Source: Octopus vulgaris
Lineage: Eukaryota
DNA length: 64,000 nucleotides
Assembly (NCBI GenBank): GCA_951406725.2
Contig: OX597827.1
Coordinates: forward strand, 46,996,001 to 47,060,000
Reading direction: 5' to 3'
Part shown: positions 26,774-39,299 of the stretch, in pieces
How positions within the stretch are numbered: the stretch's first letter is position 1
Layout: each line of letters opens with the position of its first letter
Made by a program: the position numbers and the translations under genes
Notes under the pieces: model-generated
What the model was told of the DNA's origin: nothing
Databases searched by the model: none
What the model saw: the letters and a program-made list of their open reading frames with translations, nothing else

Positions 26774-27111
26774 GTGTGGGGGAGCATCATAGCCATGTGT
26801 TGAGAGGAAATTTTGGCGTTTGGATATTTCGTCTCTGGAAACATGGGTGTTTCGTACAACATCGTCAAACAAACCTTACTCAGGGACATTTTAAACAGGA
26901 TGGGCTACTCGATCTGAAGAAAATTCTAACTGGGCTCCACATGCAAGGCCATGCGCTGTTAATTTTGATATGAGATCACCATGTCGCGCACATATGGTTG
27001 TGATGCATGCGCCTGGTGTACCATTATCAGACGGTTAATCATGATGGGTATACTGGGCTTCGTATATTCTACCCCAGTGTCACTTTGATGGTGTGCACCG
27101 CTTTCTCACTC

Positions 27112-27113
<2 letters not shown>
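26712..27113 (+). mobile_element. (AAT)n-flanked non-coding interspersed repeat
   Basis: Homologous to 4915-5165 and 55607-55722; ends ctctcactcaataataat. Confidence 0.8.
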
Positions 27114-27149
<36 letters not shown>

Positions 27150-27179
27150 CAACAACAACAACAATAATAGTAATTGTAA

Positions 27180-27738
27180 TGGTTTCAAATTTTTTCACAA
27201 GGGCAGCAATTCTGGAGAGGGGATGAGTCGCTTACATCGATCCCAGTGTTCAACTGATACTTACTTTATCGACCCTGAAAGGATGAAAGGTAAAGTCGAC
27301 CTCGGCGGAATATGAACAGATATTTATTTCTTTATTGCCCCCAAGAGGTTAAACATAGAGGGGACAAACAAGGACACACAAAGAGATTTAGTCGATTACA
27401 TTGACACCAGAGCATAACTGGTACTTATTTAATCGATCCCGAAAGGATGAAAGGCAAAGTCGACCTCGGTGGAATTTGAACTCAGTACGTAACGACAGAC
27501 GAAATACCTATTTATTTACTACCCACAAGGGGCTAAACACAGAGAGGACAAACAAGGACAGACAAATGGATTAAGTTGATTATATCGACCCCAGTGCGTA
27601 ACTGGTACTTATTTAATCGACCCTGAAAGGATGAAAGGCAAAGTCGACCTCGGCGGAATTTGAACTCAAAACGTAGCGGCAGACGAAATACCGCTAAGCA
27701 TTTCGTCCGGCGTGCTAACAATTCTGCCATCTCGCCGC
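27180..27738 (-). mobile_element. Trimeric family B SINE array
   Basis: Three gaaaggatgaaagg(c/t)aaagtcgacctcgg cores at ~27280, 27445 and 27630, with a single tRNA-like head at the right. Confidence 0.9.
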
Positions 27739-28229
27739 TCTAATTCGAACTGATATTGTTATTGAAACTGTTAATACTATATTTCTCATGTTCAGACGTG
27801 ATAGAAAACTTACCAAAAGTTTTGGTATTTTTTTATCAAGACCAAATGAAGGAAAAGAAAAGGTGTTTTTAAAAATATTTCTCTGCAAGGAACTTTTATC
27901 AACTCATTGAACATAGCGGGGAAGATATAAGGTCTGTTATTTTTGGACGTAAGTATACTTTTCAGATTTGTTTACATCTAACTGAATATGGCTTTCTTAT
28001 AGAGAAAAAAACTCATTGAAAAAATAGTAAAAATGTATGTATTTACACAATGGAAAAAAACTAACACATTTAAAGAACAAATTTCACAGCAAGATACACA
28101 AAAAAAAAAATACATGTCAACGTTTCAAAACGTAAATCTGACCGACACAGTTATCAACAAGAATAGCAAGAAAAAAAAAAAAAAGAAAAAAAAAACAATA
28201 TATATTTTTCCAAAGGAAGTAAACAAGCT

Positions 28230-28520
28230 AAATTTGATGGGTGAAAGTTTTGTTTTGGACGACGTAAGAAAGACTTGGCTAGCAATAAAAAGAACTGACT
28301 GATTATATTGACGAAAAAAAGAACTGAGCAGTACCTTCTGAGAGACTTCCTTCTCCGGGATTAGAGGCAACTTAGAGCTCTATCTGTTCAAGTTATAGTC
28401 TATAAGGAGAGAAGTACAAGCATCAGGATCTGTCCAAGATGCGCTTTGAGTGACGAAGTCGTTCAATGTCCGAATGTTTTTGATTTGAAGAGTTACTACG
28501 AACAACTGTTGTTGGTCACA
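28230..28520 (+). pseudogene. Decayed L1/Tx1-like ORF2 C-terminal fragment
   Basis: RICPRCALSDEVVQCPNVFDL resembles an eroded L1-clade Cys knuckle. Confidence 0.4.
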
Positions 28521-28711
28521 CAGTAGAGTGTAATTATAATTAGGGTTCAGCAAAGATTTGCTTTACCACATACCGAAGTTTAGAAATAGCAGCCAAAGAA
28601 CCTTAGCTATTTCTTCTACTAAAAGAAGAGACTCCCGGACAAAACAAAATACTCGAAATAACCCACGCAGACAGAGAGGAAAAATAACGAAATTCACTCG
28701 GTATTTTGTTA

Positions 28712-28794
28712 CCTGTGGACGCGTTTCGGAATTAGATCGGTATGAAGAATGTAAAAATCATACTTCACCCAAACATTTTCCTCCTCAGCACAGG
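28712..28794 (-). ncRNA. Type I minimal hammerhead ribozyme
   Basis: CCTGTG [CTGAGGA] GGAA...TTCC [GAAA] CGCG [TC] CACAGG: perfect 6-bp stem I, canonical core, palindrome ACGCGT, GUC site. Confidence 0.85.
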
Positions 28795-29039
28795 ATTCCA
28801 CGATATTAAATTTGAGAGCACTGGAAAAATTAAACATACCTCTCCAATTCAAAACAGTATCAGACAGATCATCTTCAACGTCCAGTACCGACGAATTCAA
28901 AACATACGAATGAGGTTCCTCACCTTCCCTCGCCCATCCACGTGTGTTGTCGAGTAAGAATACTACAGAAAGGTGAAGATGATCTGTCTGATACTGTTTT
29001 GAATTGGATAGGTATGTTCAATTTTTCCAGTGCTCTCAA

Positions 29040-29077
<38 letters not shown>

Positions 29078-29079
<2 letters not shown>

Positions 29080-29443
29080 TGGCACTCCATCGGTTACGAC
29101 GACGAGGGTTCCAGTTGATCCGATCAACGAACAGCCTGCTCGTGAAACTAACGTGCAAGTGATTGACCACGCCGCAGATACGTGTACCCTAAACGTAGTT
29201 CTCAGGGAGATTCAGCGTGACTCAGTGTGTGACAAAGCTGGCTCTTTGAAATACAGGTACAACAGAAACAGAAAGAAAGAGTGAGAGAAAGTTGTGGTGA
29301 AAGAGTACGGCAGGGTTCGCCACCCCACTGCCGGAGCTTCGTGGAGCTTTATGTGTTTTCGCTCAATAAACACTCACAACGCCCAGTCTGGGAATCGAAA
29401 CCGTGATCCTATGACTGCGAGTCCGCTGCCCTCACCACTGGGC
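29078..29443 (-). mobile_element. tRNA-derived SINE family C
   Basis: cggttacgacgacgagggttcc...ctgggaatcgaaaccg (B-box-like on minus); also at 30.3 and 57.5 kb. Confidence 0.88.
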
Positions 29444-29639
29444 AAAGTATACACGCCTGGGTTATGGGGAAAACATTATATATTGTATTGTGTCTGAGGA
29501 GTGTCATTCTGTTTTAATGCCTTATTACTTAACACACTCACCGGTTTAATTTCCACTCATTTACTTATTTATTGTTTCTAAAATTTTCGCTGCTTATTGC
29601 AATCTTTTCAATAGTCGTTGACTCTAATATTGTGAATTC

Positions 29640-29717
<78 letters not shown>

Positions 29718-29760
29718 ACATTTATCTATCTATCAATCTGTCTGTCTGTATGTCTGTCTA

Positions 29761-29795
<35 letters not shown>

Positions 29796-29880
29796 TTCTG
29801 TTTGTCTCTCTGTCTGACTGTCTCTCTGTTTGCTTGTCTGTCTATCTATCCAACTCTCTCTCTCTTTCTCTCTCTCTCTC
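29640..29880. repeat. (TATC)n/(TGTC)n/(TC)n microsatellite
   Basis: Direct reading. Confidence 0.95.
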
Positions 29881-30274
29881 TGTGTTACACATACATACAC
29901 ATGTATTAAGAGATAGTTACATTTACAACGTATATTTTCCCCATAATGCATGTATTTTTTTCTAAAACAACGTGAAGCATTTCCTACTTATAAGCACACT
30001 GTTCAATCGCACATTTAGATTCCTCAATAGGTCCAAAGGCAAACAAAATCAACACATTTGCCGATATGCATCCACGGTCGTCACAATATACATACGTTTA
30101 ATAACCTAGAAGCTAGCTTTAATCCTTTAATTTTTATCTTTAAATTTTAAATTTTTTATTTTAATTTCTTAATTCGTATCCTTTACTCATTTCATTATAA
30201 TTTTATCCTATATATACCCCCTTGAGCTAGGCATCTGTTTTTAGCTATCCCTATTGACCACTGAACTAATGGGA

Positions 30275-30494
30275 TGGAAGCACTCCGTCGGTTACGACGA
30301 TGAGGGTTCCGGTTGATCCAATCAACGGAACAGCCTGCTCGTGGTGAAAGAGTAGAGCAGGGATCACCACCATCCCCTGCCGGAGCCTCGTGGAGCTTTT
30401 AGGTGTTTTCGCTCAATAAACACTCACAACGCCGAAACCGCGATCCTATGACCGCGAGTCCGCTGCCCTAACCACTGGGCCATTGCGCCTCCAC
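30275..30494 (-). mobile_element. Family C SINE with internal deletion
   Basis: Jumps from cagcctgctcgtg directly to gtgaaagagta relative to 29078-29443. Confidence 0.85.
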
Positions 30495-30627
30495 GCTGAA
30501 CTAAATATTCTCTTTGACAACACCTAAGCTAGAATTCATCTATTTAATAAATACCTTCCTTCTTCATTTTACCAAAAACCTTAACGCCTGACCTCCCACC
30601 CCGAACCGACACTTACGAAGATTATTC

Positions 30628-30808
30628 ATTTCTACTCTAGGCACAAGGCCCGAAATTTTGGGGGAGGGGCCAGTAGATAAGATTGATTCCAGTACGCAAC
30701 TGGTACTTAATTTATCCACCCCGAAATGATGAATGGCAAGGTCGACCTCGGCGGAATTTGAACTCAGAACGTAGTGACAGACGAAATACCTATTTCTTTA
30801 CTACCCAC
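30628..30808 (-). mobile_element. Family B SINE
   Basis: Family B core and tail. Confidence 0.85.
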
Positions 30809-30843
30809 ATATCTGCATAAGTGTGGGTATTATATATACATAT

Positions 30844-30881
<38 letters not shown>

Positions 30882-31559
30882 AGAGAGAGAGGCGTTGATA
30901 ATACACACACACACACACACATGCACGCACGTACAGACACACACACGTACACACATGCAGGCTCGCACAGACATACACACACATTAGTTCAATTTAGAGC
31001 TAACCAATAAAAAGTAGGTGTTGCTACATTATGTATGAACATATAGTGACTAATACACAGCATTAAGTTGAGTAATCTTCACAGAGTTCCCTGAAGAATA
31101 TAACGTTTAAAGATCAGAAATAGTTGTAATAACGTCAATATATCTCTCGACATGTCTTGTCATATAATGAAATTGATAGGCGAAACATAAATACTATTTA
31201 AAAAATGTCATTTCTGCAGTTTTAAAGCAAATATTTTACTTGCGCGAAAGCAAGCAGCTGGACATCAGTCAAACTGCGAAAAGCATTTGATTTAAGGCTG
31301 CGAGCTGGCAGAAACGTTAGCACGCTGGGCGCAATGCTTAGTGACATTTTGTCTGTCGTTTGGCAATGTTACAGGGGCGCCTTGCTCGTTTGGGATAAAC
31401 TCGCAAGACATGGAAAGTCTCACTCTCCGACCTGTCCATGATACGGTGGGGGTGGGGGGTGGGGTGGATAGGAAAACCGTCCCTCACGCTATTGGCCAGT
31501 TTCTGAACACCTGTTGTTCGGCGAAGGAAGAGTACAGCTGTCGACTGGGTTAATTATAA

Positions 31560-31925
31560 ATTAACAATACGAACTGGCAATGCAGACCAGGTGAAGGTCA
31601 AGAGACTGGTTCTTAACCAGCACCTCGAAGCCAAACACATGGGTTGCATTGTCAGGGCTAGACAACGTACAATGGGGAGCGAAGGAATCAAGGCTGCAGG
31701 ATGGGCCCGAGTGGTGGAAGCCCAACGTGGCAACGATGCTACAATTCGGTCTCTGGCAGAACCAACAGGGTAAGTTGACAGACGAGCCCGATGAGATGTG
31801 TCAAGCTTTTCAGGACCACTTCGCCCAGCTTTTTTGGGGGGGAGCGGCGGACCGGATGGGGGGAGGGGCCTTACGGACCTCCTCGACGGGCTGCCGCGCC
31901 TCTCGGGGCAGGATGCGAAGTGTAG
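31560..31925 (+). pseudogene. L1/Tx1-like ORF2 fragment (EN-RT linker), downstream of a family B SINE head at 31294-31360
   Basis: KHMGCIVRAR...SEG...TIRSL...EMCQAFQDHFAQLF resembles the L1-clade GxxxRSR...E...I..L...F..FY..LF linker; GC-rich, frameshifted. Confidence 0.65.
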
Positions 31926-32204
31926 TCACAGGAATTATAAAAATTGATCAACCGGAATTTTTAACAATTGAAGGTAAGAATTGTTTTCTCACAGTTGTTG
32001 CAATAGCAAAAGAGGCAGGTAGTATGGGAAGACTAGGGTAAAAGGGATTAAGACGGGTAACTTTATCTTCGGCCACGGGTTAAGATCGTTTTTCACTTTT
32101 CACTTGAAAAGTAAAGTGTGGCTGGAGAAGAGATGCCTATCGGAGAGTGTGATCAAAAAAATATGGAAGCATGTTGCATGAGTGCTGTGCGTGCATATAT
32201 ACTC

Positions 32205-32621
32205 TTTTTTCTTACTCTTTTACTTGTTTCAGTCATTTGACTGCGGCCATGCTGGAGCACCGCCTTTGGTCGAGCAACTCGACCCCGGGACTTATTCTTT
32301 TGTGAGCCCAGTACTTATGCTATCGGTCTCTTTTTGCCGAACCGCTAAGTAACGGGGACATAAACACACCAGCATCGGTTGTCAAGCAATGCTAGGGGGG
32401 ACCAACACAGACACACAAACACACACACGCATACATATATATATATATATACATATATACGACGGGCTTCTTTCAGTTTCCGTCTACCAAATCCACTCAC
32501 AAGGCATTGGTCGGCCCGAGGCTATATAGAAGACACTCGCCCAAGGTGCCACGCAGTGGGACTGAACCCGGAACCATGTGGTTGGTAAACAAGCTACTTA
32601 CCACACAGTCACTCCTGCGCC
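32205..32621 (-). mobile_element. Full-length family A SINE
   Basis: Minus-strand head ggcgcaggagtg(a)ctgtgtggtaag...ggttcagtccc has A/B-box-like motifs; purine-rich tail. Confidence 0.92.
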
Positions 32622-32674
32622 TGTGTGGTATTTACTAAGATTACATAAAAACATCTCGGTATACTAAAGAGTAA

Positions 32675-33178
32675 ATTTTTTCAATAAAATCGTCATTGGC
32701 TTAAACCACGGCCTCCAAATGACTTCGGAAAATCTCCTTGTTCTGGAAGGTTTCCTTGTTTAAGTTGGTGAATGCTGCCTTAATCCTTGCTTTCATTTCA
32801 TTTTTCGTGTCACACGGAATTTTGCATGTCTATCGCTCAACTGCGCCCCACACATAATAATCAAGGGGCTTTCAGTCTGGGGAGCTCGGTGGTCAGATGT
32901 TAAACATGATGTTGTCACAGGAATTGTCTGACAGCCATGACTGGGTTTTGCTGCTTGTGTGGCATGTGCAGAGTCCTGATGCCAGACCTACATTATTCCA
33001 GCTGCCACTCTCTTGACCCAGGGCACCACTACCTCCTCCAGGCACCCGATGTAGGCGTCTGTGATGTGTCTGATGCCGTGTGGGAATATGAATGAAGGCA
33101 TAACGTAGCCATCACTAGTGATAACCCCAAATACCATGATGTTTATTGGATGTTTGATTTTTATCACACGCGGTACCT
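32675..33178 (-). pseudogene. Tc1/mariner transposase C-terminal fragment (DDxD-type, maT-like)
   Basis: Minus strand KHPINIMVFGVITSDG...HQDSA...PPSSPD*KPLDYYVWGAVE; stops and frameshifts. Confidence 0.85.
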
Positions 33179-33549
33179 TTCCTCAGATTGCACTGTCCTG
33201 AGGTTGATGCATAGACACTGAAATGTTCATAATGGAGCTTCCGGCTCAAATGACAAGTAGTACAGCATATCGTTTCCAAATTTTTGGCAGAGTGAATTGC
33301 TTTATGGTACTGTTTTTCTCACAGACGGTGCTCAACCGATCCTGCTATGCTGTATAGTCGACAAAATAAAAAACAAACAATGCGCATGCGTGAAATTATA
33401 AATATAAACTGACGATAATTTAAACACCGCATCCTGTATATACACAGCCATACATATGACTACACACACACACACACATATATATATATATGCATACGTA
33501 TATATATATGCATATGCATATATATATGTATGTATATGTATATACACAT

Positions 33550-33750
33550 GTATGTATAATTCCTAAACAAGAATATCATTGACAGCTGTACTCTACCAAA
33601 GTATAGAGTTACCCAGGAGATTAATGTAAAATTGTCATTTTTACAGCTGAGCATAAAAAACTGTCACACGCAGACACATACACATGCGCGCATACACGCA
33701 TGCACACGCTAATACACACATACATACAGAGAGAAAGAGAGAGAGAGAGT

Positions 33751-33788
<38 letters not shown>

Positions 33789-33960
33789 CGTCAGATCTAT
33801 AGCCATAAGACATTCACTGTATAGCTAAGACGAAGAAAAGCTAAGACAGAAAACCAATGAGGTACTTGTAAACAAATATACGCACATACATACGGTATAT
33901 ATATCTGTGTATGTGTGTATGTACACACACACACACATACACACATATATATACATATAT

Positions 33961-34005
<45 letters not shown>

Positions 34006-34033
34006 TATTTGTATACATATATATATGCATATT

Positions 34034-34069
<36 letters not shown>

Positions 34070-34092
34070 CATATACATATATATATTTATAA

Positions 34093-34123
<31 letters not shown>

Positions 34124-34275
34124 TATAAATATATATATGTATATGTATGTATAATTCTTAAGCAAGTATATAATTGACAGTTGCACTCTACAAAAGTATA
34201 GAATAACCCAGTAGATTAATGTAAAATTGTGTTTATTATAACTGAATATAAAAACTGCCACACGCGCACACACAG
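33550..34275 (+). repeat. Diverged ~125 bp direct repeat (33550-33678 and 34147-34272) separated by microsatellites
   Basis: tatgtataatt...ttgacag...aagtatag...accca..agattaatgtaaaattgt occurs twice. Confidence 0.8.
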
Positions 34276-34792
34276 ACTCACACGCACACATACACAGACA
34301 CATTGACACACAGACACACAAACGCGCGCACATACGCGCACAGACATATGCAGTGTGTAGTTCACTTGCTGATAGTATGAGCAGAAATGGAATCAAGCTT
34401 AGGAGAGTGTTAAATACATGAACACATGAATAATATATGAGTTATGTTTGATGTTGCAATCGTGCAGGTCAGACTCAGATAACCGGGTTACTTCGCAAGA
34501 AATGCAGGGATAAATTAGAAAATATTATGAGAAAAGCATACGAGAAACTCCATTAAGAAAGAGCTAATGGGAAAGTGGCGGATGCCTGAAGTAGTTTATT
34601 GCTTAATGCTGAGCCTCTATACGAGAAAAAAACTATGCTATGTGGGGGTTGTTGAACTGGGACAGATTAAACTGTGTTAAACTGTGTAAGTAATCCGGTT
34701 AAGGGGCATATTCCAGTGGGACAACATGTAAAAATATGTTCTCTCGAATATGGAATGAGTAATAAATCAATATGCAATACACATATACATAC

Positions 34793-34847
<55 letters not shown>

Positions 34848-34905
34848 AATATATGTATGTTATGCATATATATATATATATAAATATAAATGTATATATG
34901 TAGAT

Positions 34906-34981
<76 letters not shown>

Positions 34982-35054
34982 GTTATGCACGAATATATAC
35001 GTTTGAATTATATAATCCGTTATAAAAAGTTTACATGTTTTAATACCTGCAAGA

Positions 35055-36553
35055 ATTGCTTTAAAATTATATCGAGGCGTATTGTCTTGTATTATAGATG
35101 TCATCAGAACTTCAATAAAAAATAGCTGAGTGGCAGTTGATTGGAAATTCTTGCTGCTTTTAAGTCTTGTATAAGCATTTGAAGCATAAAAGTGAAATAC
35201 ACTTTGGCTGTACATCATTGTAACAACTTTCATAGATGCCCTCTCGACGTTATGTAGCCATAAGTCTATCGAATTATAGAAACTCTCGTACCTAACAATG
35301 AAACAAAATTCTTTTAAAGACAGGTTCCTGTAAATTATATATTAATACTTATATATTAATACCCCAAATATATCTGGTGTCTGGTGACAGATTATTTTGG
35401 TGACTATGAAATCGATTTATCCTTTCATACGTAGTATACGTACACACACATACACAAACACACATACTTACAAACATACAAACATTTATGTGTTTTTATG
35501 AGATTATAATGATTATACGGTCTGTTGTATAACGGTGACATTGGTTCTCAATACAAAGTATTTTATTCAGCTGGAAGCTAGAAGTTCTTTAAGTTTCATA
35601 GTCCCAATTGTTCATATTATTGCTAAACGGAAGTAGCATAATAATATATTAGCAAAAATGACTGGAAACACAGGTGAACAGGGCATCGACATTTCAACAA
35701 TTGCCAAAAATATCCGTTAGGTTACTCTCACATTTTCATCCATTCATTGCTTTTTTTTTTACAAATCAAAGAATAATCTTACTTATACATTATCCTCCAC
35801 TACCAAAATCAAAAACAAAACAAAGAAACAAAAAACAAAAAGGCAACAACAACAAAGACCCCAAAGCAAAAGAAACGAGAGCTTCATGTTTTGAGCACCG
35901 TGTGTAAAATATAGAAGATGAATGAACGGAGCAGCTGTTGTTGATATATTATTATTGGTAAATATTTAAATATGTTCGAAACATCTGAACACACTCCATA
36001 GCTTCTGTAGATATTTATATTGGAAATTACATATTAGCAATTTATAACAATGCAAGGATGTGCAACGATTGTATGTAACAATGGAAAACTCTGTAATAAT
36101 TTATCATTTCAGAAATCTCCATTCAAATTATTGCTGAAACCTGCAATAGAATGCTATAAAACTCCGAAAAGCAGCGTCATCATCTTATATTATCTGAAAT
36201 AGCGTGTGGTATGTAAACTATAAAGGACAAATCGATTTCAGACTCACCAAAATAATCATTCACCAGACACCAGATATATTTGCGGAGTGAAGTATTAATA
36301 TATAATTTACAGGAACCTGTCTTTAAAAGAATTTTCAGTGATCCCTATATAAAATTTTGTTTCATTGTCAGGTACAAGGGTTTCTATAATTCGATAGACT
36401 TATGGTTATATAACGTCGAGAGGGCATGTATGAAAGTTGTTACAATGATGCACAGCCAAAGCGTATTCCATTTTCATGCGGTGAACGCTTATACAAGACT
36501 TAAAAGCAGCAAGAATTTCCAATCAACTGCCTTGATATAATTTTAGAACAATT
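35055..36553. mobile_element. Foldback element with ~330-370 bp diverged inverted arms (35055-35428 and 36220-36553)
   Basis: ggcagttgattggaaattcttgctgcttttaagtcttgtataagc versus gcttatacaagacttaaaagcagcaagaatttccaatcaactgcc; the peptide MKVVTMM(Y/H)SQSVFHF appears on opposite strands. Confidence 0.75.
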
Positions 36554-36559
36554 GCGAAC

Positions 36560-37421
36560 CCCGTACGCAACTGGTACTTAATTTATCGACCCCGAAAAGA
36601 TGAAAGGCAAAGTTGACCAGGTCGGAATTTGAACTCAGAACGTAAAGACAGACGACATGCCGCTAAGCATTTTACTCGGCGTGCTAAAGTTCCTGCCAGC
36701 TCGCCGCCTTTGCGTGCAAACGATTCTGTCAGCTCCCCGCGTTAAGTACACGTAATACTAAAACTACTGCTAACAAGAACAAGATGACAAGCCCTTCAAG
36801 AATAGTTTTCATTTAGGGAAAAGGCCAGAGATTTTTGAGGAAAGGGAGTTAGTCCTTTACATCGACCCCACTACTTGACTGGCACTTTATTTTATCGAAC
36901 CCGAACAGATCAAAGGTAAAGTGAACCTCGGCCGGATTTGAACTCAAGATGCAAAAAGTAGAAAGACGTACCGCACGGCATATTTTTTTTACTAACATCC
37001 GTCCACCGTCCTTGATAATTGCTTCTTATTTATTCTTTTATTCATTTGTTTCAGTCATTTGACTGTGGCCATGCTGGAGCACCACCTTTAGTCGTGCAAA
37101 TCGACCCCAAGACTTATTCTTTGTATACCTAGTACTTATTCTATCGGTCTCTCAGCCGAACCGCTAAGTGACGGGACGTAAACGCACCAGCATCGGTCAA
37201 ACAATGTTGGGGGAACAAACACAGACACACAAACATATACATACATATATATATACAAGACGGGCTTCTTTCAGTTTCCGTCTACCAAATCCACTCACAA
37301 GTCTTTGGTCGGCGCGAGGCTATAGTAGAAGACACTTTCCCAAGGTACCACGCAGTGGTACTGAGCCCGGAACCATGTGGTTGGTAAGCAAGCCCCTTAC
37401 CAAACAGCCACTCCTGCGCCT
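36560..37421 (-). mobile_element. SINE cluster: two family B (36560-37005) and one family A (37030-37421)
   Basis: Family motifs as above. Confidence 0.85.
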
Positions 37422-38594
37422 ATAAGCATATTTAAGCATAATATCAGCAACTTTGAGGAGACGGGTTTAATCGGTTACCTACCCCGTGTACTTTATGGAT
37501 TCCAGAAGTATGTAATGCAGCGTTGACCTTAATTTGAACTCAGAATAGAAGGAGCTAGAACAAATAGCGCATAGCATCCTGCCTAATTGATTAAGGTGAA
37601 TGGAATAAGAAGCCCTATGGATTCAACATGACCACACCTTCTTCTGAACTTCTTCACACCCATTTTGGTCTCATCTCTGTGAACAGCCAATGTTTATATA
37701 TAACACTTCTAAGTAGAACATTGTATGGTGGTTAGCAGAAGTAGAAAAAAATGTAAATAAAAAAAGAAAAGAAATAAATTTAAAAAATAAAGAGGTGAGA
37801 ATTATCATTATTTATGATAGGTGAATTATGATGGCTTTCTGTATATATCTTTCTTTCTTTTCCTCTCTTCATCTTGTTTGAAACTAAAAAGCAGAAACAA
37901 AATAAGAAAAATGCCCCAAAAAGTTGAATAGCAGTAACAACGACAATAATAACATCAAACAAAACAAAACAAAACAAAACAAGAACAGTGAAAAGAGAAT
38001 CAAAACATTGATTTATGTCACATAACAACAACCACTAATCTACTTCCATCCTCTTCCATCTCTTCCTCCTCCGCCGTTCTCTCAGTTTTACCGTGTGTCT
38101 GTCTGTCTGTCTGCCTGTCTGTCTGTCTTTCTGTCTGTCCCTCGGCTCCTTATCGACACATCATTAGTTGATGCTTCAGACTATAACAAGAAACTGGAGC
38201 AGGTATTTCACACAAGACTACGCAATTTCTCCTTATTCGTCGCCATCTTAAATCTGAAATAATCATCGTTTTTCTCAGCTTTCCCCCTTTCGTTCCGTTC
38301 TCATGCTTTCCTTTCTTGCATTTTGTTTGTTGATTATGCCATTTTATATTTTACTTTAATCATTATTCTCCATTTTTATTTATTTATTTATTATTATTTT
38401 ATTATTATTATTATTTTGTTGTTCTTATCCTTTCGTTTCATTTCTCATTTACTCAAGTAAATCATGTTTTATTTTGCTTTGGATGCCGAAGGTCTTTTTC
38501 TTCCACAATGCAACCTTCAACCGCCCACTTTCCGTCCTCCCGCTTTCTCTCCTATCAAACCCCACCCACTTTTCATCACCGTGTGTATCCAACT

Positions 38595-38904
38595 ATCTCC
38601 TCCTCCTCCTCCTCCACCTCATCTCCCTCTCCTCCACCTCATCTCCCTCTCCTCCACCTCATCTCCCTCTCCTCCTCATCTCCCTCTCCTTCTCATCTCC
38701 CTCTCCTCCTCAACTCCCCCTCCTCATCTCCCCCTCCTCATCCCCTCTCCTCCTCAACTCCCCTTCCGCATCCCCTCTCCTCCCTCTTCTTACCCCTCCT
38801 CTCTTCCCCTCTCCTCCTCCCACCCTCCCCTCTCCCCTTGATCATCTCTCCTCTCCTATTTCTCCTCCCCTCCTCCTCTCATCTCCTCTTCCCCCTCCTC
38901 TTCC

Positions 38905-38936
<32 letters not shown>

Positions 38937-39006
38937 TTCCTCCTTCTCTTCCTACTTCTCTTCCTCCTTCTCTTCCTCCTCCTCTCCTCTCTCCTCCTCG
39001 CTACTG

Positions 39007-39087
<81 letters not shown>
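38595..39087. repeat. Polypyrimidine (CT/CCT) tract followed by (CTA)n
   Basis: Direct reading; ~400 bp almost purely C/T on the plus strand. Confidence 0.92.
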
Positions 39088-39299
39088 GAGAATTCCCTAA
39101 AAATTCCTTAAACAATTCAAAATAAATTGTAACATTAAAATAAAATAAAAACAACAACAAATGAAGCTATAAAACAGCATAATGGTAAAAAGTAATGATA
39201 AATAAAGTAAAAACAGTAAAAATACTAAAAGAAAACACCAGCCATTTTGTAGTTTCTAAAATTTAATTTTGTTGTTGTTATTATTATTATTGTACAGTT

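Noticed and set aside
32540-32621. tRNA genes
   Set aside because: The tRNA-like segments are SINE heads continuous with SINE bodies; no complete cloverleaf seen.
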